Shown here piece after piece: positions 34,401-47,251 of a stretch of DNA of 52,941 nt. Source of the stretch: Saprolegnia diclina VS20. Taxonomy: Eukaryota. Numbering within the stretch: position 1 is the stretch's first letter; each line of letters opens with the position of its first letter. The position numbers and the translations under genes were made by a program. The DNA is taken from contig NW_008246084.1 of the NCBI RefSeq assembly GCF_000281045.1, positions 575,770-628,710 of the forward strand, given 5' to 3'. The notes beneath the pieces were generated by a model. The model ran no database searches. It worked only from the letters and a program-made list of their open reading frames with translations, and was not told the DNA's origin.

Positions 34401-37400
34401 GCTCACCGCCGAGTTGTCGACGGCCGTGGCCGACCACGCGGCGGCGTGTGACAAGTGGACTGCCGAGTCGGCTGCGATTGCCGAGAAAATGGCGGCCATG
34501 GAAGCCGAGCACTCGTCGACGCTAAACGAGACGCACGGCCGCCACGCGTCGGCGGTTGCGGACCTTGAGGCTGCGCTCCACGACCAAATGACGTCGCTGC
34601 ACTCGACGCGGGCGGAGCTCAGCGCGCAGATGCACGCTCTGACCGAAGAGCAGGCGTCGTACAAGGAGCTGCATGCGGCCCAAGTCGACGCACTTGAGAC
34701 CAAGATTGAGACGCTCCATGCCAATGTGGCTGCATCTGCGGAGGAGAACGCGTTGCTTAGCGCCGAGCTCGCCGCCAAGAACGACGAGCTGTCAAATGCG
34801 ACGGCCAAGCTCACGTCTCTCGACGCGCTCCTCCCGCGCTTCAAGGACAAGGTCAAGACGCTCACAGCAGCGCAGAAGAGCCTCGAAGACGATTTGGCGG
34901 CCGCTGTCAACGAGAAGGAAACGCTGACGGCCACCCACAACGACGCGATGGCGGCCCTCGAGGCGAGCTTGGCGTCGCTGAACGCAACGCTGGCGGCGGC
35001 GACGGAAGAAAAGACGGCGCTGGACGCGCTCGTGGCCGACAAGTCGCATGAAATTGCAACGCTCCAAGACCTCGTCGAGTCGTTCAAGGGCTCGGTGGAC
35101 TCGCTGTCGTCGTCGCAGGCGTCGCTCGAGTCGGACCTCGCCGTCGGGCGCCAAGAACTGTCGTCACTCACGTCCACGCACGCGGAGGCTGTCGCACTCC
35201 TCCAAAGTGCCGAAGCTGCCGTGGCCACGACGACGGCCGAGCTCGCTGCCGAACGCGACGCCAAGGCAGCCCTGGAAACCGAGCTTGCCACGGAGCTTGA
35301 GGCCAAGGCTGCGTTGGAAGCCGAGCTCGCTGTTGAAGCGGCTACCAAGGCTGCGCTTGAAGCTAACCTCGCCACCGAGCTCGAGGCCAAAACTTCCCTT
35401 GAAGCCGATCTGGCGGCCGAAGCAGCTGCCAAGGCTGCATTGGAAGCCGAGCTCTCTGCTGAAGCGGCTGCCAAGGCGGCTGTCGAGGCGGACCTCGCTA
35501 CGGAGACGAGTGCCAAGACGGCGCTGGCGGCCGAACTCGCCGCGCAAGTCGAAGCGACGGCTACTGTCAACGCCGACTTGTCGAGCGAACGCGACGCGAA
35601 GGCGGCGTTAGCGCGCGAACTGGAGACGACGTCGACGGCATTGACGACGACCGAGGACAACCTCGTGTCGCTTAAGTCGCTCCTCGATCAGTTCAAGGAG
35701 AAGGTCAAGACGCTCGCGCTTGCCAAGAAGGCGCTCAAGNNNNNNNNNNNNNNNNNNNNNNNNNNNNNNNNNNNNNNNNNNNNNNNNNNNNNNNNNNNNN
35801 NNNNNNNNNNNNNNNNNNNNNNNNNNNNNNNNNNNNNNNNNNNNNNNNNNNNNNNNNNNNNNNNNNNNNNNNNNNNNNNNNNNNNNNNNNNNNNNNNNNN
35901 NNNNNNNNNNNNNNNNNNNNNNNNNNNNNNNNNNNNNNNNNNNNNNNNNNNNNNNNNNNNNNNNNNNNNNNNNNNNNNNNNNNNNNNNNNNNNNNNNNNN
36001 NNNNNNNNNNNNNNNNNNNNNNNNNNNNNNNNNNNNNNNNNNNNNNNNNNNNNNNNNNNNNNNNNNNNNNNNNNNNNNNNNNNNNNNNNNNNNNNNNNNN
36101 NNNNNNNNNNNNNNNNNNNNNNNNNNNNNNNNNNNNNNNNNNNNNNNNNNNNNNNNNNNNNNNNNNNNNNNNNNNNNNNNNNNNNNNNNNNNNNNNNNNN
36201 NNNNNNNNNNNNNNNNNNNNNNNNNNNNNNNNNNNNNNNNNNNNNNNNNNNNNNNNNNNNNNNNNNNNNNNNNNNNNNNNNNNNNNNNNNNNNNNNNNNG
36301 GAGAGCAAGACAGCCGAACTCGCGTCGACGACGGCGCTTCTGGGCCAGTTCAAGGACAAGGTCAAGACGCTGATGGCGTCGCAGGCGTCGCTTGAAGCCC
36401 AAGTCGCGTCCGTGCACGACGAGAAGGAGTCGCTCGCGTCGAGTCATTCGTCGCTGAGCAGCTCCAAGGGTGCGCTGGAAGCCGAGCTGGCGGCTGCGAC
36501 GGCGGCCCTCGCGGAGGCCAACGACGCCAAGACGACGCTCGCGACGCAGGTCGAGACGGTCACGGCGGCGCTGGCCGCCAAGGAAGCCGAGCTCACGTCT
36601 CTCCAAGCCATCCTTCCGCGCTTCAAGGACAAGGTCAAGGACCTCACCGCGTCCCAAAAGGCGATGGAGGCCCAGGTCGCGGCTGCGGTTGCTGAGAAGA
36701 CGTCAATGGCCTCGGCCCATGCGGACGCGATCAAGTCGCTGCGGAGCTCCAAGGCCGATATGGCGGGTGAGCTGCAAGAGATGACGGCGCTCAAGGAGAC
36801 GCTCAAGGGGCAGCTTCGCGCCATGTCCAAGGAAAAAGCGTCGATGCAGCACGCACTGCAGACCGAGATCGACGACCTTGCGTCCAAGGTCGCCAAGCTC
36901 GCGGCGATTGCAGAGGCGCACAGCACGTGTGGCACCGCCGTCCAAGACGCGCACGCGGCGCTCGCGGCTGCCAACGACGAGCTGGCGGCGGCACACGCGA
37001 CTGTGGCGGAGCTCCAAGAGCAGGTGGCCGCGCTCTCGCTCTCGGAGCAGGCGTTGCACCAAGCGTTTGAGCAAGCCACGATGGAGACCAACGCCATGTC
37101 GCGCTCGCACGACGAAGCGGCGGCGGCGCTGACCGCGCTCCAGAGTCTCCACGGCCCGCTGGAAGCCGAGCTGCAAAGCATGACGTACAAGAACATGCAG
37201 CTCAAGCAGGACCTCGACGTCATGTCGGAGCAAGTGACGGCGCTCGAGCACATTTTGCAGTCCAAGGATGGCGCGCTCGATGTGTTCAAGGACCAGTGCA
37301 AAGCCGCCCAAGCCTCGCTCGCGACCGCGGAAGCGGCGCTGGCGGCGAAGGAGGCCGCGTTGGCCGAGACGGACGCGATCGTGGCGGCCAAGGACGCGCA

Positions 37401-39525
37401 GCTCGCCGAACTCGACGCGCTCTTGAGTGAAAGCGACGCGCTCATGGCCGAGCTCGACACGCTGCATGCCATGTCGCGCTCGCAGCGGTCGTCGCGTGCG
37501 AATGCGATCGCGCTGGACCCGACGACGATATCGCAAGAGTACAAGATCTTGGTCTCGGAGAACGACGCGCTCAGCGCAAGCCAGGAGAACCTGACGGAGA
37601 TCGTGTCGACGCTCCAGGCACAGGCAGCGGTGCGGGCGACGACCGCCGACATCACGGACCGCTTCGTCGAAGGCCTCGTGTCCACACTGGGTCTCGAAGT
37701 CGACTTTCCGATCACAGAGACAAGCGTGCTCCAGGAGACGCTCGAGCAGCTCCAGGGCTACATTGGCATGATGTCGGAGGAAGCGGCGCACCACGCGCAC
37801 GACCACGCAGCGTCGCTCACGACCGACACGTCGTGGCTCGACGCGATCCAGGAGGCCGACGAACTCAACGAGAACGCCGACGCCCTCCTCGACCAGGCCG
37901 AGCAGTCCAAGGCCAGCGCGCTCGAGGTCCACCACGCTCTTCTCGCGCTCGCCAAGACGCTTGTGCCGTTGGGTGCCAACGAACTCGAAGCCGCCGTCGA
38001 CGCCGCGACCGACGACCTGCACGCCGCGCCGATGCTGCTCGCGGCCCTCCAGTCGACGCTGGATGCCGTCGTGGTGGACGTAGCGACGCTCGTGACAGCT
38101 TGCAACCACGTGCGTCCGCTCCCTCAACTGGCCGATGCGGGTGTGTGGGCGGCTGACGTCACGCGCGGGACGCTCGTCGACAAGGAACTTGAAGCGCGCG
38201 TGCTCTCGGCCGTGGCCCGCCGCTTCGGGGACGTCGGTGTCGCGATTGGCGACGTGAGCAACCTCTTGGCACTCGAATCGGTGCTCGTGTCGGACGCGAT
38301 CGTGGCCGCATCCCAAGCGCGCGCACTCCAAGACGCCTCGTTCGTTGAAGCACTGGCGCCGTTCTTTGGTGTGCAGTCGCTGCAGGCGTCGATGCCGCAG
38401 ATCCTCGCGATGCTGTCGGCGTCCTCGGCCCAGACCGAGACGCTGGCCGCGTTGTGCCACCGCGTGCGCGTCGCCCATGGCTTGCCGATGGTGACCGAGA
38501 CGTACCCGACGACGCAAGCCGGCGTGCTGGCCCTCTGGGAAGATACAGCGCACGCGCTCGAGGAGGCGTCGTCGCCGCTCAAGACGCTCAACGCCTCGTC
38601 GATCAAGGGCGACGTCGACATGGAGCAGCTCCACGAGATCCTCCACCGCGTCGACGACCGCTGCGAAGCCCTCCACGGGCAGGCCGGCGATGACAAGGCC
38701 GCGGTGCTCGTTGATGTCCTCGGCGCCCTCGACCTCGCGCGCGAGTGCCAACGCGCGGCCATCACTGTGCTCGAGAAGCACAACCGCACGTGCACGGCGC
38801 GGACCCGCGTCCAGATCGCCATGCAGTGTGGCGTCCAACGCGCGTTCCTGCGCTGGAAGCACAAGACGCTACTGAGTGTCGCGGATGAGAAGCACGCGGC
38901 CGACCTTGTCAAGCTCAAGGAAGAGCATTTGGCGCAGCTCAAGCGCGTGCAAAAGCTCAACGCCGCCGAGCAAAAGCCGACAGACGCCAAGCCGGTCCCT
39001 GCGACGACACCTGTCAAGGCGACGGTGACGCCCAAACCCATTGTGCGCACCAAGTCGTCGACGTTCGACATGGCCAAGGTCAGCGCCAAGGCCGCCGAGG
39101 TCGTTGATCAGCTCACCAAGCGCCGCGAGTCGTCGACGGCGGCGCGCTTTGACCACTGGAAGCGACTCGCCGACGAGACGCACCGCCGCACGGCCAACCT
39201 CGAGACGTCGAGCGGGTCGGGCAGCCAGCAGTCGGCGCCCCGCGTCCAGGGCCGCCGCGACAGCCTCCCCAAGACGAGCCCCAACCGGTTCCACGTGGCC
39301 TTCAACTCGTCGGCGAGCCGTGGTCTCTTCCCGACGACGTCGACGACACCGACAGCGGCGCGCCCGCGGGTGTCGATGGGCCTGCCGTCGTACAGCTCGG
39401 TCAAGGACCAGTCGTCCACGGTCCAGAGTGCCGTGGACCGCATGAAAGACCAGAACGACCGCCTCGTGCGCAAGGTCGTGGCCGGTGCCCCGACCAAGAA
39501 GAAGACGACGACACCGTCGCCGTGA
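31482..39525 (+). CDS. Very large coiled-coil protein (>2500 aa; intron 31848-31911; spans an assembly gap)
   Basis: Continuous Ala/Glu/Leu-rich heptad sequence on both sides of the gap with the same recurring FKDKVKTL motif. Exon 1 splices in frame (DRDH|MREE). Confidence 0.85.
35239..35616 (+). repeat. Nine degenerate 42-bp (14-aa) tandem repeats in the coiled-coil gene
   Basis: ELAAERDAKAALET / ELATELEAKAALEA / ELAVEAATKAALEA / NLATELEAKTSLEA / DLAAEAAAKAALEA etc. Confidence 0.85.
35740..36299. other. Assembly gap
   Basis: Run of N. Confidence 1.
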
Positions 39526-40211
39526 CTGTGTGAATGTGTATACATGATGAACATAGCGTAGTTTGAGACGTACTAGGCATTTATAATAATAGTACACTGC
39601 ATTTCGATTGTGTCTTCTTCTCTCGCAACGCAACCTCGGGTCCATCAACGCCCGGGTCTCCATCGAGCTGCCCCTCATTGTGTCGGGGCTATGGTCGAGC
39701 CATGCAAGCGTATCTTGCTCGTAGCTCAACTTTGGTCGTCTGCGTGGTCCGGATCAAAATGCAGGTGCTGGTAGGACGACGTATCAAAAGATTACATCGC
39801 CCAGTCGCCAAAGGGCTCGTCGGCCAGCGCTGCTAAATGCACTGTGCTAGACAACGTCCACGGGAGATACCCCTTGCTGCAGTAAATGCCACCACAGAGA
39901 CGCACCAATGACCTCAAGGTCCGACGGCCGAGTCTCGATGTGAATACTAACGTCGCTCGACGCGACGACACGTCACGACGTCGTGGACATGTCCTTGACA
40001 ACGGGCCACGTCACTCTACGCACAAATCGTATGACGACACCCGCTGGACGCAGGCCCTGCGCAAATGCAGAGGGTGCCAAAGCGCGTCGGTGTAGGGGTA
40101 GGGTCGGGGTAGGGTAACTCGGTGGACCCGAAACCCCACCTTGTGCATAAATACGGGTATCTTACGTAGTCTTTAACTGTGAGATAGGGCACATGACAGC
40201 AACGAAACAGG

Positions 40212-42038
40212 TTACGACGAATGCACGAGGGCCGGCGGGGGGTTGTGCGACGCGGCCTTCTCAGCGAGCATGCTGTACACGTAGTCGACCGCGACGCCGC
40301 TGTACGACTTGCGGAGCGCGTCTTCGAGCGACCGAGCGGCTTCGGACGCGGCCGGTGGGTTGGCGACCGCAGACGTGGGCGGAAACTGCAGCGACTCGCC
40401 GAAAAATGGTGTCTTGGTCGGCGGCCGCGCGACCATCTTAGCAGCAGTCGACGTCGACGACGACGCAGCGTGCTTGGGCGTCGTGGCGAACCCGCCTCTC
40501 GGCGTCTTGGGCGTCTGCGGCAGGTACGAAAGGTCGAGTTTGACGTCCTTGCTGCTCTCCTTGCGCGCGAGCTTGGTGCCAAACGTCGTCGGTGTCTGCG
40601 CCGTCGACTGCTGGGGTGTCGACGGAAACTGCTGGCTCGTCGACGGTGCGGGCGACGCGGCGGCCGACGACGTGGCCGTCGTTGGGGTCTTTGGAAGGTA
40701 GCTCAGGTCCACGGGCGCAAGCCCGCGGCGCGAGCCAAGGGGCGACGGGTCCTTGGCGCGCGGGCGGGACCAGGACGCTGCACGAGGCAGCGGCGCCGGC
40801 ATCATGTTGGTCGGTGGCACCGGCTGCGAGTAGTGGCGGTTGTACTCGGTCGTAGCGGATCGGTACGAGGTGTTGGAGAAGGTCGAGCCCGCCGAGGCCG
40901 TCGAGTACGCCGACGGCGTGCTCGGTCCATTCGGGTTGTACAGGTCGTACATGTTCATCTCGTTGTACGCTTGCGTCGCCGACGAGTTTGCCGAGAGGAG
41001 CGAGAGTTCCGTGAGGTGGTCCGAGTGCTCATTCTCGTTCGTCGTCACGCCAATGTTGCAAATCGAGCAAATCCGAATCTTCTTGATCGTTGTCCCCGGC
41101 ACGTCGGCCGACCGGTGGAGGCTGCACTTGGAGCAGATCACTTCGCCGCACGCGCGGCAGTGGTGTCGGTGTCGGAAGAGCCCAAAGCCGCGGCCGCAGA
41201 GGGTGCAGCTCGACCGCGTTGACGCCGGGACCCACTGCGACTTGTCGAGGAGCGTGCAGGTGGTCATTTGGAGCTTGTCGACGATGCGCTTGAGCTGCAC
41301 CATGCTCGTCACGACGTCTTGCTCGGCAATCTTGTACGACAGATTCGACGGACAGTACCCGTTCGGGTCAAACCGCACAACGTGGTGCATGCGTGCCATC
41401 TTGGCCTCGGCCGCGTCCATCTGGTAGATGAAGCCGGCGAGGAGCTTCCCGCGGACAAAGCCATGCGACGCCTCGAGCGACGGGCACTCGGGCAAGTCGA
41501 TCGAGCTCAGGACGCGTACAAACATGTCGTTGCCGCGCGCGTCGACGATGCGGTCGAGGACTTCGAGCACGCAGTAGTCGCGGTTGGTCACCATCATGCT
41601 CGACGACTTGGTCGCATACCACTTGATGCCGACGTACCGATACGGGTTCGCTGCGGTCCGTGGCACAATGCTCTGGAGCACGGCGGCGTCGACCACGCGC
41701 GGGTTGAGCTTCTTCATGAGGCGGCGGAAGAGGCCGTCGTCGTGGGCTGAGAACGCCCGGGCAATGTCGTCGAGCGACGCTTGGAGCGAGCTCTTGCAGC
41801 CGACCTCGGCGATGTTGCTCTTGCTGACGTTGGGCGCGAGGCGCGGCTTGGCGGTAAAGTTGCGGTAGACGGCCACGCCCTTCTTCTCGTGCACCGGGAC
41901 CCACGAGTTTTTGTGAAAGTCCGAGAGCGCAAACACCTTGCGGATCGCCGACTCGGCGTACTCGGCGTACTGGAGGCGCTCGGCCTCGGTCATGTTGCTC
42001 ATGTTAAAGTAGCCTCTCGGCAGCGGCAACGACGCCAT
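40212..42038 (-). CDS. START-like domain + FYVE zinc finger protein with Ser/Thr/Pro-rich tail
   Basis: FYVE motifs WVP...C.LC...F....RHHCRACG.VIC..CS and RICSIC. Upstream START-like region (GIKW, NRDYCVLE, ECP.L...GFVRG). Typical oomycete-expanded architecture. Confidence 0.9.
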   Translation of the reverse strand: MASLPLPRGYFNMSNMTEAERLQYAEYAESAIRKVFALSDFHKNSWVPVHEKKGVAVYRNFTAKPRLAPNVSKSNIAEVGCKSSLQASLDDIARAFSAHDDGLFRRLMKKLNPRVVDAAVLQSIVPRTAANPYRYVGIKWYATKSSSMMVTNRDYCVLEVLDRIVDARGNDMFVRVLSSIDLPECPSLEASHGFVRGKLLAGFIYQMDAAEAKMARMHHVVRFDPNGYCPSNLSYKIAEQDVVTSMVQLKRIVDKLQMTTCTLLDKSQWVPASTRSSCTLCGRGFGLFRHRHHCRACGEVICSKCSLHRSADVPGTTIKKIRICSICNIGVTTNENEHSDHLTELSLLSANSSATQAYNEMNMYDLYNPNGPSTPSAYSTASAGSTFSNTSYRSATTEYNRHYSQPVPPTNMMPAPLPRAASWSRPRAKDPSPLGSRRGLAPVDLSYLPKTPTTATSSAAASPAPSTSQQFPSTPQQSTAQTPTTFGTKLARKESSKDVKLDLSYLPQTPKTPRGGFATTPKHAASSSTSTAAKMVARPPTKTPFFGESLQFPPTSAVANPPAASEAARSLEDALRKSYSGVAVDYVYSMLAEKAASHNPPPALVHSS

Positions 42039-42047
42039 CGGACTCGG

Positions 42048-42062
42048 CGAATGCGGAAATGA
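42048..42062 (-). promoter_or_regulatory. Oomycete INR-FPR-like core promoter
   Basis: Minus strand TCATTTCCGCATTCG, 9 nt upstream of ATG 42038. Confidence 0.65.
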
Positions 42063-43316
42063 CAGGAGCTTGGTCGGTCGAGCCACGAGAGCCGGACTGC
42101 TACACGCGCGTCATTACACCCCAACTGTCTTTTCCAATCCCAAACTCAAAACGCACGCTCAATCGCTTCAAAGACCAAGTGTACAAACTCAATTTCCAAG
42201 TGTTTTGAGATTCAGGCCACAGCGTCTGATCGGCAGCTGCGTGCTCATGACGCGCCGCCGCCGACGTTGGCCGTGTCGAGGACATATATATTTAGTAGAA
42301 GAGTATATATTTGACGAGTCGATGCTCGGTGAGTTAGCGCTGTGGAGCTGGTGGGGAGTACCGATAGAACGCTGGAAGCGGCGACCACATACGCGGATAC
42401 ACTGTACGAAAAGCACTTGGTCGTGTGGCGCCAGTCGACGTCGCTGAGTCCGCAACGCCCACTCTTGCTTGCCGCTCCCTCTCCGTGTGCCGAGTCGTCG
42501 ACGGTCGAGACGAGACTCGGACGGTCCCAGGCTGGGTTTGTCGCCGGTGCTACAGTCTTGGCTGCTGCCTTGTCTAGACCGTCGTTCAGAGCACAAATAC
42601 TCGCGCTTGGGTCACCCAGCGTCGCAGCGACTTGAAAATTCGATACATTTTTCAACGCCGTTCGATTTGGCGAGATATACAGTGTCGTGATGGACTGGAA
42701 AAATGTGAAGTGCCGGATCCCACAAGTCGCATGGTCCGATACTACTACGCAACACTGCATGGCTGAGCTCTGTCGCCTCGCAGCGCTGCAACAACGAGGC
42801 ATCGGCATTACGACTCGTGTGTATGCGTCGTAGACACGCGGTCGTCACTCTGGTTCGCGCGACACTCGATAACCTGGCGCCAAGACGTCCTAGTATAACG
42901 ACGTACTAATAGTACGACCTTGTAATGCGAATGTGAAGTAGACGGATGAGCACACGGACAAGCCAACCATGTACTCACGGCGTTGGTCGGATGCCTGGCT
43001 ACGCAGTTACACTGTCTGATACTGGAGTGGCCGCGGGCTGTAATTCTAGACAGGCACCCCGGGCTCGACGGTACTGATTCGCGGCTTCCTGTGCCGTGCA
43101 CCGTTCCCGCAACTTGCTCGGAACGCGCGCTGGACAATTGTGTCCAAATTAACCGCGGTGTCGACCACAGTGTCATGACCGTTGACTACCCCGGAATAGC
43201 AACGTAGAACTTTGGCTCCTTTGGCAGCGTATGGCAACTAGCGCTCAATGTGACTCGGGCGAGACGACAACGTCGTTGCAAGTGTCATCTTGTTTGCATT
43301 TAGCAGGCGGTTGTCG

Positions 43317-44890
43317 TTATAGCTTGCGTGCGACAAGCTGTCGAAAGGCGACGTTGCGGCGTGCCTCTTCTGTCGTCGCGAGCGCCAGAAGGGTCTCGAG
43401 GTCTTCGCCGAGCGTGTCGACGTCGGCGGCGCGGAGTTGGCGCAGAATGCGCGTCGCAAAGCGCGATGTGGTCGTCGACCCGTGCCACTGGCGTTCGAGC
43501 CCGCTCACCACCTTCTCGAGCAACTCGTAAAGGCCGACGCTAAAATGCGTAAAATATCGCTCCCGCGACGCCTCGTACAGCGCCCTAACACCACGTGCAG
43601 CTGGACCTCGATGCGAATGAGCTTAACGTACACTGCGCGCTCAAGGTCGCAGTACCATATTGGCTTGACGTCGATATGAGGTCGCTTTGGGGACCGCGCA
43701 GCGATGGTTTTGGCCCGCTCGAGAATCCACGCAACGCGATCGTCGTCGTCGCTGGTCGCTGGTGGAAGTACCAGTGGCGCGTCCACCGCTGTGGTAACGT
43801 GCTCCAACGGTAGATCGCGACGGGGTGGTGGCACATAGCCCCCGACGCGCTCGTAGGTGCGAAAGGCGTGGACGACCAAGAGGAGCCAGCCCCGTGGCGT
43901 CTTGCAACGTCGGTGATACCACCGCTGGAGCTTCGTGGCCGTACGCTCGTGCCGCCGAAAGTCCGTCGCTGGGTACTGCTCGGGGCTTATGCGTCGAATC
44001 AAGTCGCGCACGGAAGCGTCGTACTGGCTTGTGGAGGTCAAAGCTGCGGTGATCACGCGCCGTACGAGCGAGCTATCGGGATTTGGCGACGCGACGAGCG
44101 TTTGCAAAAGCAACAACATCGCAGGAGGTGCCAAAGACGTTGCACAGGTCCGAAGATGGCCCGGTACCGGGTCGAACGGCGGGCCCAGGACGTGCAAAAG
44201 TAGGTGCGCGCTGATAGCGTGACAGCCTCGCGTCGACAGCTCCGTGGCCAAGGCGACCCAGAACCCGGCGTCACTGGGCGGCAACGTCGTCTTGCATCGT
44301 TCGATCGCGGCGAGCATCGTTTTGGCCCTTTTCTTGTCGCCCGCATGAGCATGGCACAACGCCTATGAGGAACACGAGAGACGGAAGGCTGTTTGTTGCT
44401 TCAGTATACCATCAGTGCATGGAGGTAGGGTCGACAGAGAGGTAGTGGCGGTGTCTCGACGAGCGTCTACAAGCGCGATCGATGAGATTCCATACCAGTC
44501 GATAGTACTCGAACCAGGAGGAACTGGAGTGCGCTGCTGTGTTCGTGGGTCATGTAGAGCACCAGCGCCGCATTGAGAAGCGTAACTTGATAGAGAGGCT
44601 CCCACTCAGACGTGGCTAGAATGGCCTGCTTCGCTAACGTCACTGCACCAACGTCGTCGTTGTCAGCGATGAATGCACTAGCTCCTCGTCATGTCTGATT
44701 GCGCGGGGGAGTAGAAAGCGTACCTGGCCATCGGGACAAGCAGGCGTGGCGGAAGCGCGGTGATGGCGGCACCCCGCCATAGAGTTGCCATTTGCTTGAG
44801 AAAATAGCCATCGCGTCGATAGATGCCTTCGTTCCAGTGACGTCGAGAGAGCTCGTCGAGGCGACCGACGTCCACTGTGCCTGCGATCAT
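43317..44890 (-). CDS. Hypothetical helical protein with an IQ-like motif (multi-exon, structure uncertain)
   Basis: Coding-like ORFs 44678-44890, 43505-44359 and 43317-43523 with plausible GT-AG joins. ATKLQRWYHRR resembles an IQ motif. Confidence 0.5.
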
Positions 44891-44961
44891 GTCGCTTCAT
44901 AAAGATCCAATACGACACATCTGATTGGCCCATTCAAACAGCTCTTTGGCAGTAGTTCAAG

Positions 44962-45538
44962 ATGGCTGAGCAAGCGCAGGGATTCTGGGCTGGCTACAAG
45001 GGGCGACGCGAGCTGTACACGGTACACGGTACACGGTCGCGGTACACGGTAGACGACGCCGTAGCTGACGCCACCGAGGCCCAGCAGTCGCGAGTTCGTG
45101 TCGCAATGATCGCGTACATCGACAGGTCGTTGGATCCAGACACTCTTCCCATCCGCTTCTTCCGACCAGCTTTCAAGACGGGACATCCGATAAGATCTTG
45201 GTACGTGCAGTCCGCCAGGAGTGGGAGGCGGGTGCAGAACCAGGCGAGCGAGATGCGGTACGCGCACCACATGTGTTGAGCCAGCTTGTCGAGCCGATTA
45301 CATGACGGAGAGGAACATCACTTTGGCCATGCAGCACGCTTGCCGCAGCCAAGCAACCCTCAGCACCTTCGATTGTTGCTTGTTTGGTCCCAGCAAGTAC
45401 TGTACCAGTAGTGGCAGCGACGTCCCGGTACACTACTCGTTCATATTGCAAGTGCATTTTGATAGTACGAAGAACTTGTATTCACGTCCAAAGCTATTTT
45501 GCTGGGTACCCTTCGTCCCAGCTACCCAACGAGCTTGA
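44962..45538 (+). CDS. Possible small spliced hypothetical protein
   Basis: ATG in good context (AAGATGG) just after a CCAAT box; MAEQAQGFWAGYKGRRELYT followed by GT-AG segments. Exon structure and end are not resolved. Confidence 0.3.
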
Positions 45539-47251
45539 CGACGACCAGAGATATGGCATCGAGACGCGGCCATGGTTTGCGTCGGGCACGTCTGCGTACA
45601 CGTCCATCGTGTGATGGATATCCCGCATCGCTGACCACGGACGCCGCACAAACACCTTGCCACACACTGTGAACTGGTACCCGCGGTAGAACCGATCTGA
45701 CGAGTTGGTGCGCACGAGCAGCATCAAGACAAGGCCGGCGAGCGAGAGATACCAGAACAGCAGCACTTGACGGCCAATCACCGCCGTCGAGTCGACGCCA
45801 AATGCAAGCAAAATGCCTTGGCCGACCACCCACAGCAGCGACGAGAGGCCGTACATGGTGCCGACGTGGTAGACGCCAAACATGTCGGCGAGGAAGCACA
45901 CGAGCAGCGCCGCGCCAGAGTTGGAGGCAAACGCCAGCAGATACAAGAGCCGCTCGACCGACGCAAAGTCCGTCATCTGATTCGACGAAAAGTACACTAT
46001 GGGCAGCGCCACGCACTGCACCAGTAGCAGCACCAAGAAGCAGCCTTTCCGAACGAACGCCGGGTTGCCGTACAGCAGCCGGATGCAAATGTCCGAGAGG
46101 ATCGGCATCACGAGCCGGCCCGCGAGGTCGGCAGCCACACCACGGAGCCGAACGGCGTCGGCGGCCGCATCCGAGATGTGGTACACGTCGCTGAGGAAGT
46201 CCGAGCGGACTTGGATCGCGGTCATCTCGTTATAAAACAAGCCCACGGTCGAATTGGAGATGAGCGCGAGGAGGAGAAACGCAAAGTCGGTCGAGAAGAT
46301 GCACTGCAGCAGCGACAGAGCCTTGACTTGCTCGTGGTACCGACGGTCCGTGCCCTCGACGAGCGAGCTGCTGTGCCGCGCAATCGCCTTGTAGTTGACG
46401 AGCGTCATGCCCACATGCAGAAACTCATCTTGGACGAGGCTCGCGCTCGGGGCCTTGGCGCACGGAATGCAGTGCATGTCGTGGCCGCGGACGCTAAAGT
46501 CTCTTGGCGGCAGGCGAATGATGAGCGTCGCCAGCGAGAGCGTCGAGAGAAGCACCGCGAGGAGGATCCAAAAGAGGTACTGGAACGTCGCGTCCGTGCC
46601 ATCGAGGAGCGACTCGAAGAGCAGACCCCAAACGTGTTTGCCAAGACCAAAGCCAAAGAGACAAATACCGGCGACGGCACCGCGGGCGTCCGGTGCCCAC
46701 TTGAGCGCGGTCGAGATGGAAGCAAGCACGATCGCAGCAAAGGCCATGCCACCCAAACACGTCCTACACAGTCATGGTTAGGATGTCAACGTCGATGACG
46801 TCGATGCTACGCACCCAATAGGCAGCAGTGGCCATATGCGCAGCAAGGACGCAATCTGTCCGGTCAAGAGTCCAACGGCCATGACGCAAGTGCTGATAGC
46901 AAGCGAGAAGCGCGGCCCCTTGCGTTCGACGAGCGGTCCGAGAAGCGTTTGCGCGAGGACGCTGAGGATGCCTGTGAGGACGATCGCGTTTCGCGCGTTG
47001 GGGCTGTTTTCTGGAAAGCGAAAGTAGGCGTTGATCGGGCCAGCGACCGACGAGATGGCGTAGATGGAGCCGGCGACGAATTGCAGCAGCAGCGCCGCGA
47101 CAAAGATATAGCCGCGGTGAAAGCGGAGGCAGCAGTAGCGCGGCGCTAAGAGATGCGTACTGTAGAGCGGCCAGTAGAAGACGTAGCGCTCCGCCTGCAC
47201 GGCGTACGCCGATTGCGGATCGAGCGCCAGCGTCCAGTACGCTCGAAACAT
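45494..47251 (-). CDS. MFS transporter, oxalate/formate antiporter (OFA)-like, copy A (intron 46764-46814)
   Basis: ~12 hydrophobic helices; QF..GSIYA.S, GPLVERKGPR, KW.PD.RG...G....GFG.G, GRL....SD and DMFG..H.GT.YG motifs. Confidence 0.85.

Noticed and set aside
35239..35616. Regular 42-bp periodicity as a possible CRISPR-like or non-coding array
   Set aside because: It is an in-frame coding repeat of two heptads with no unique spacers.
42070..43237. Short ORFs upstream of the FYVE gene
   Set aside because: No recognisable product; treated as intergenic or degraded.
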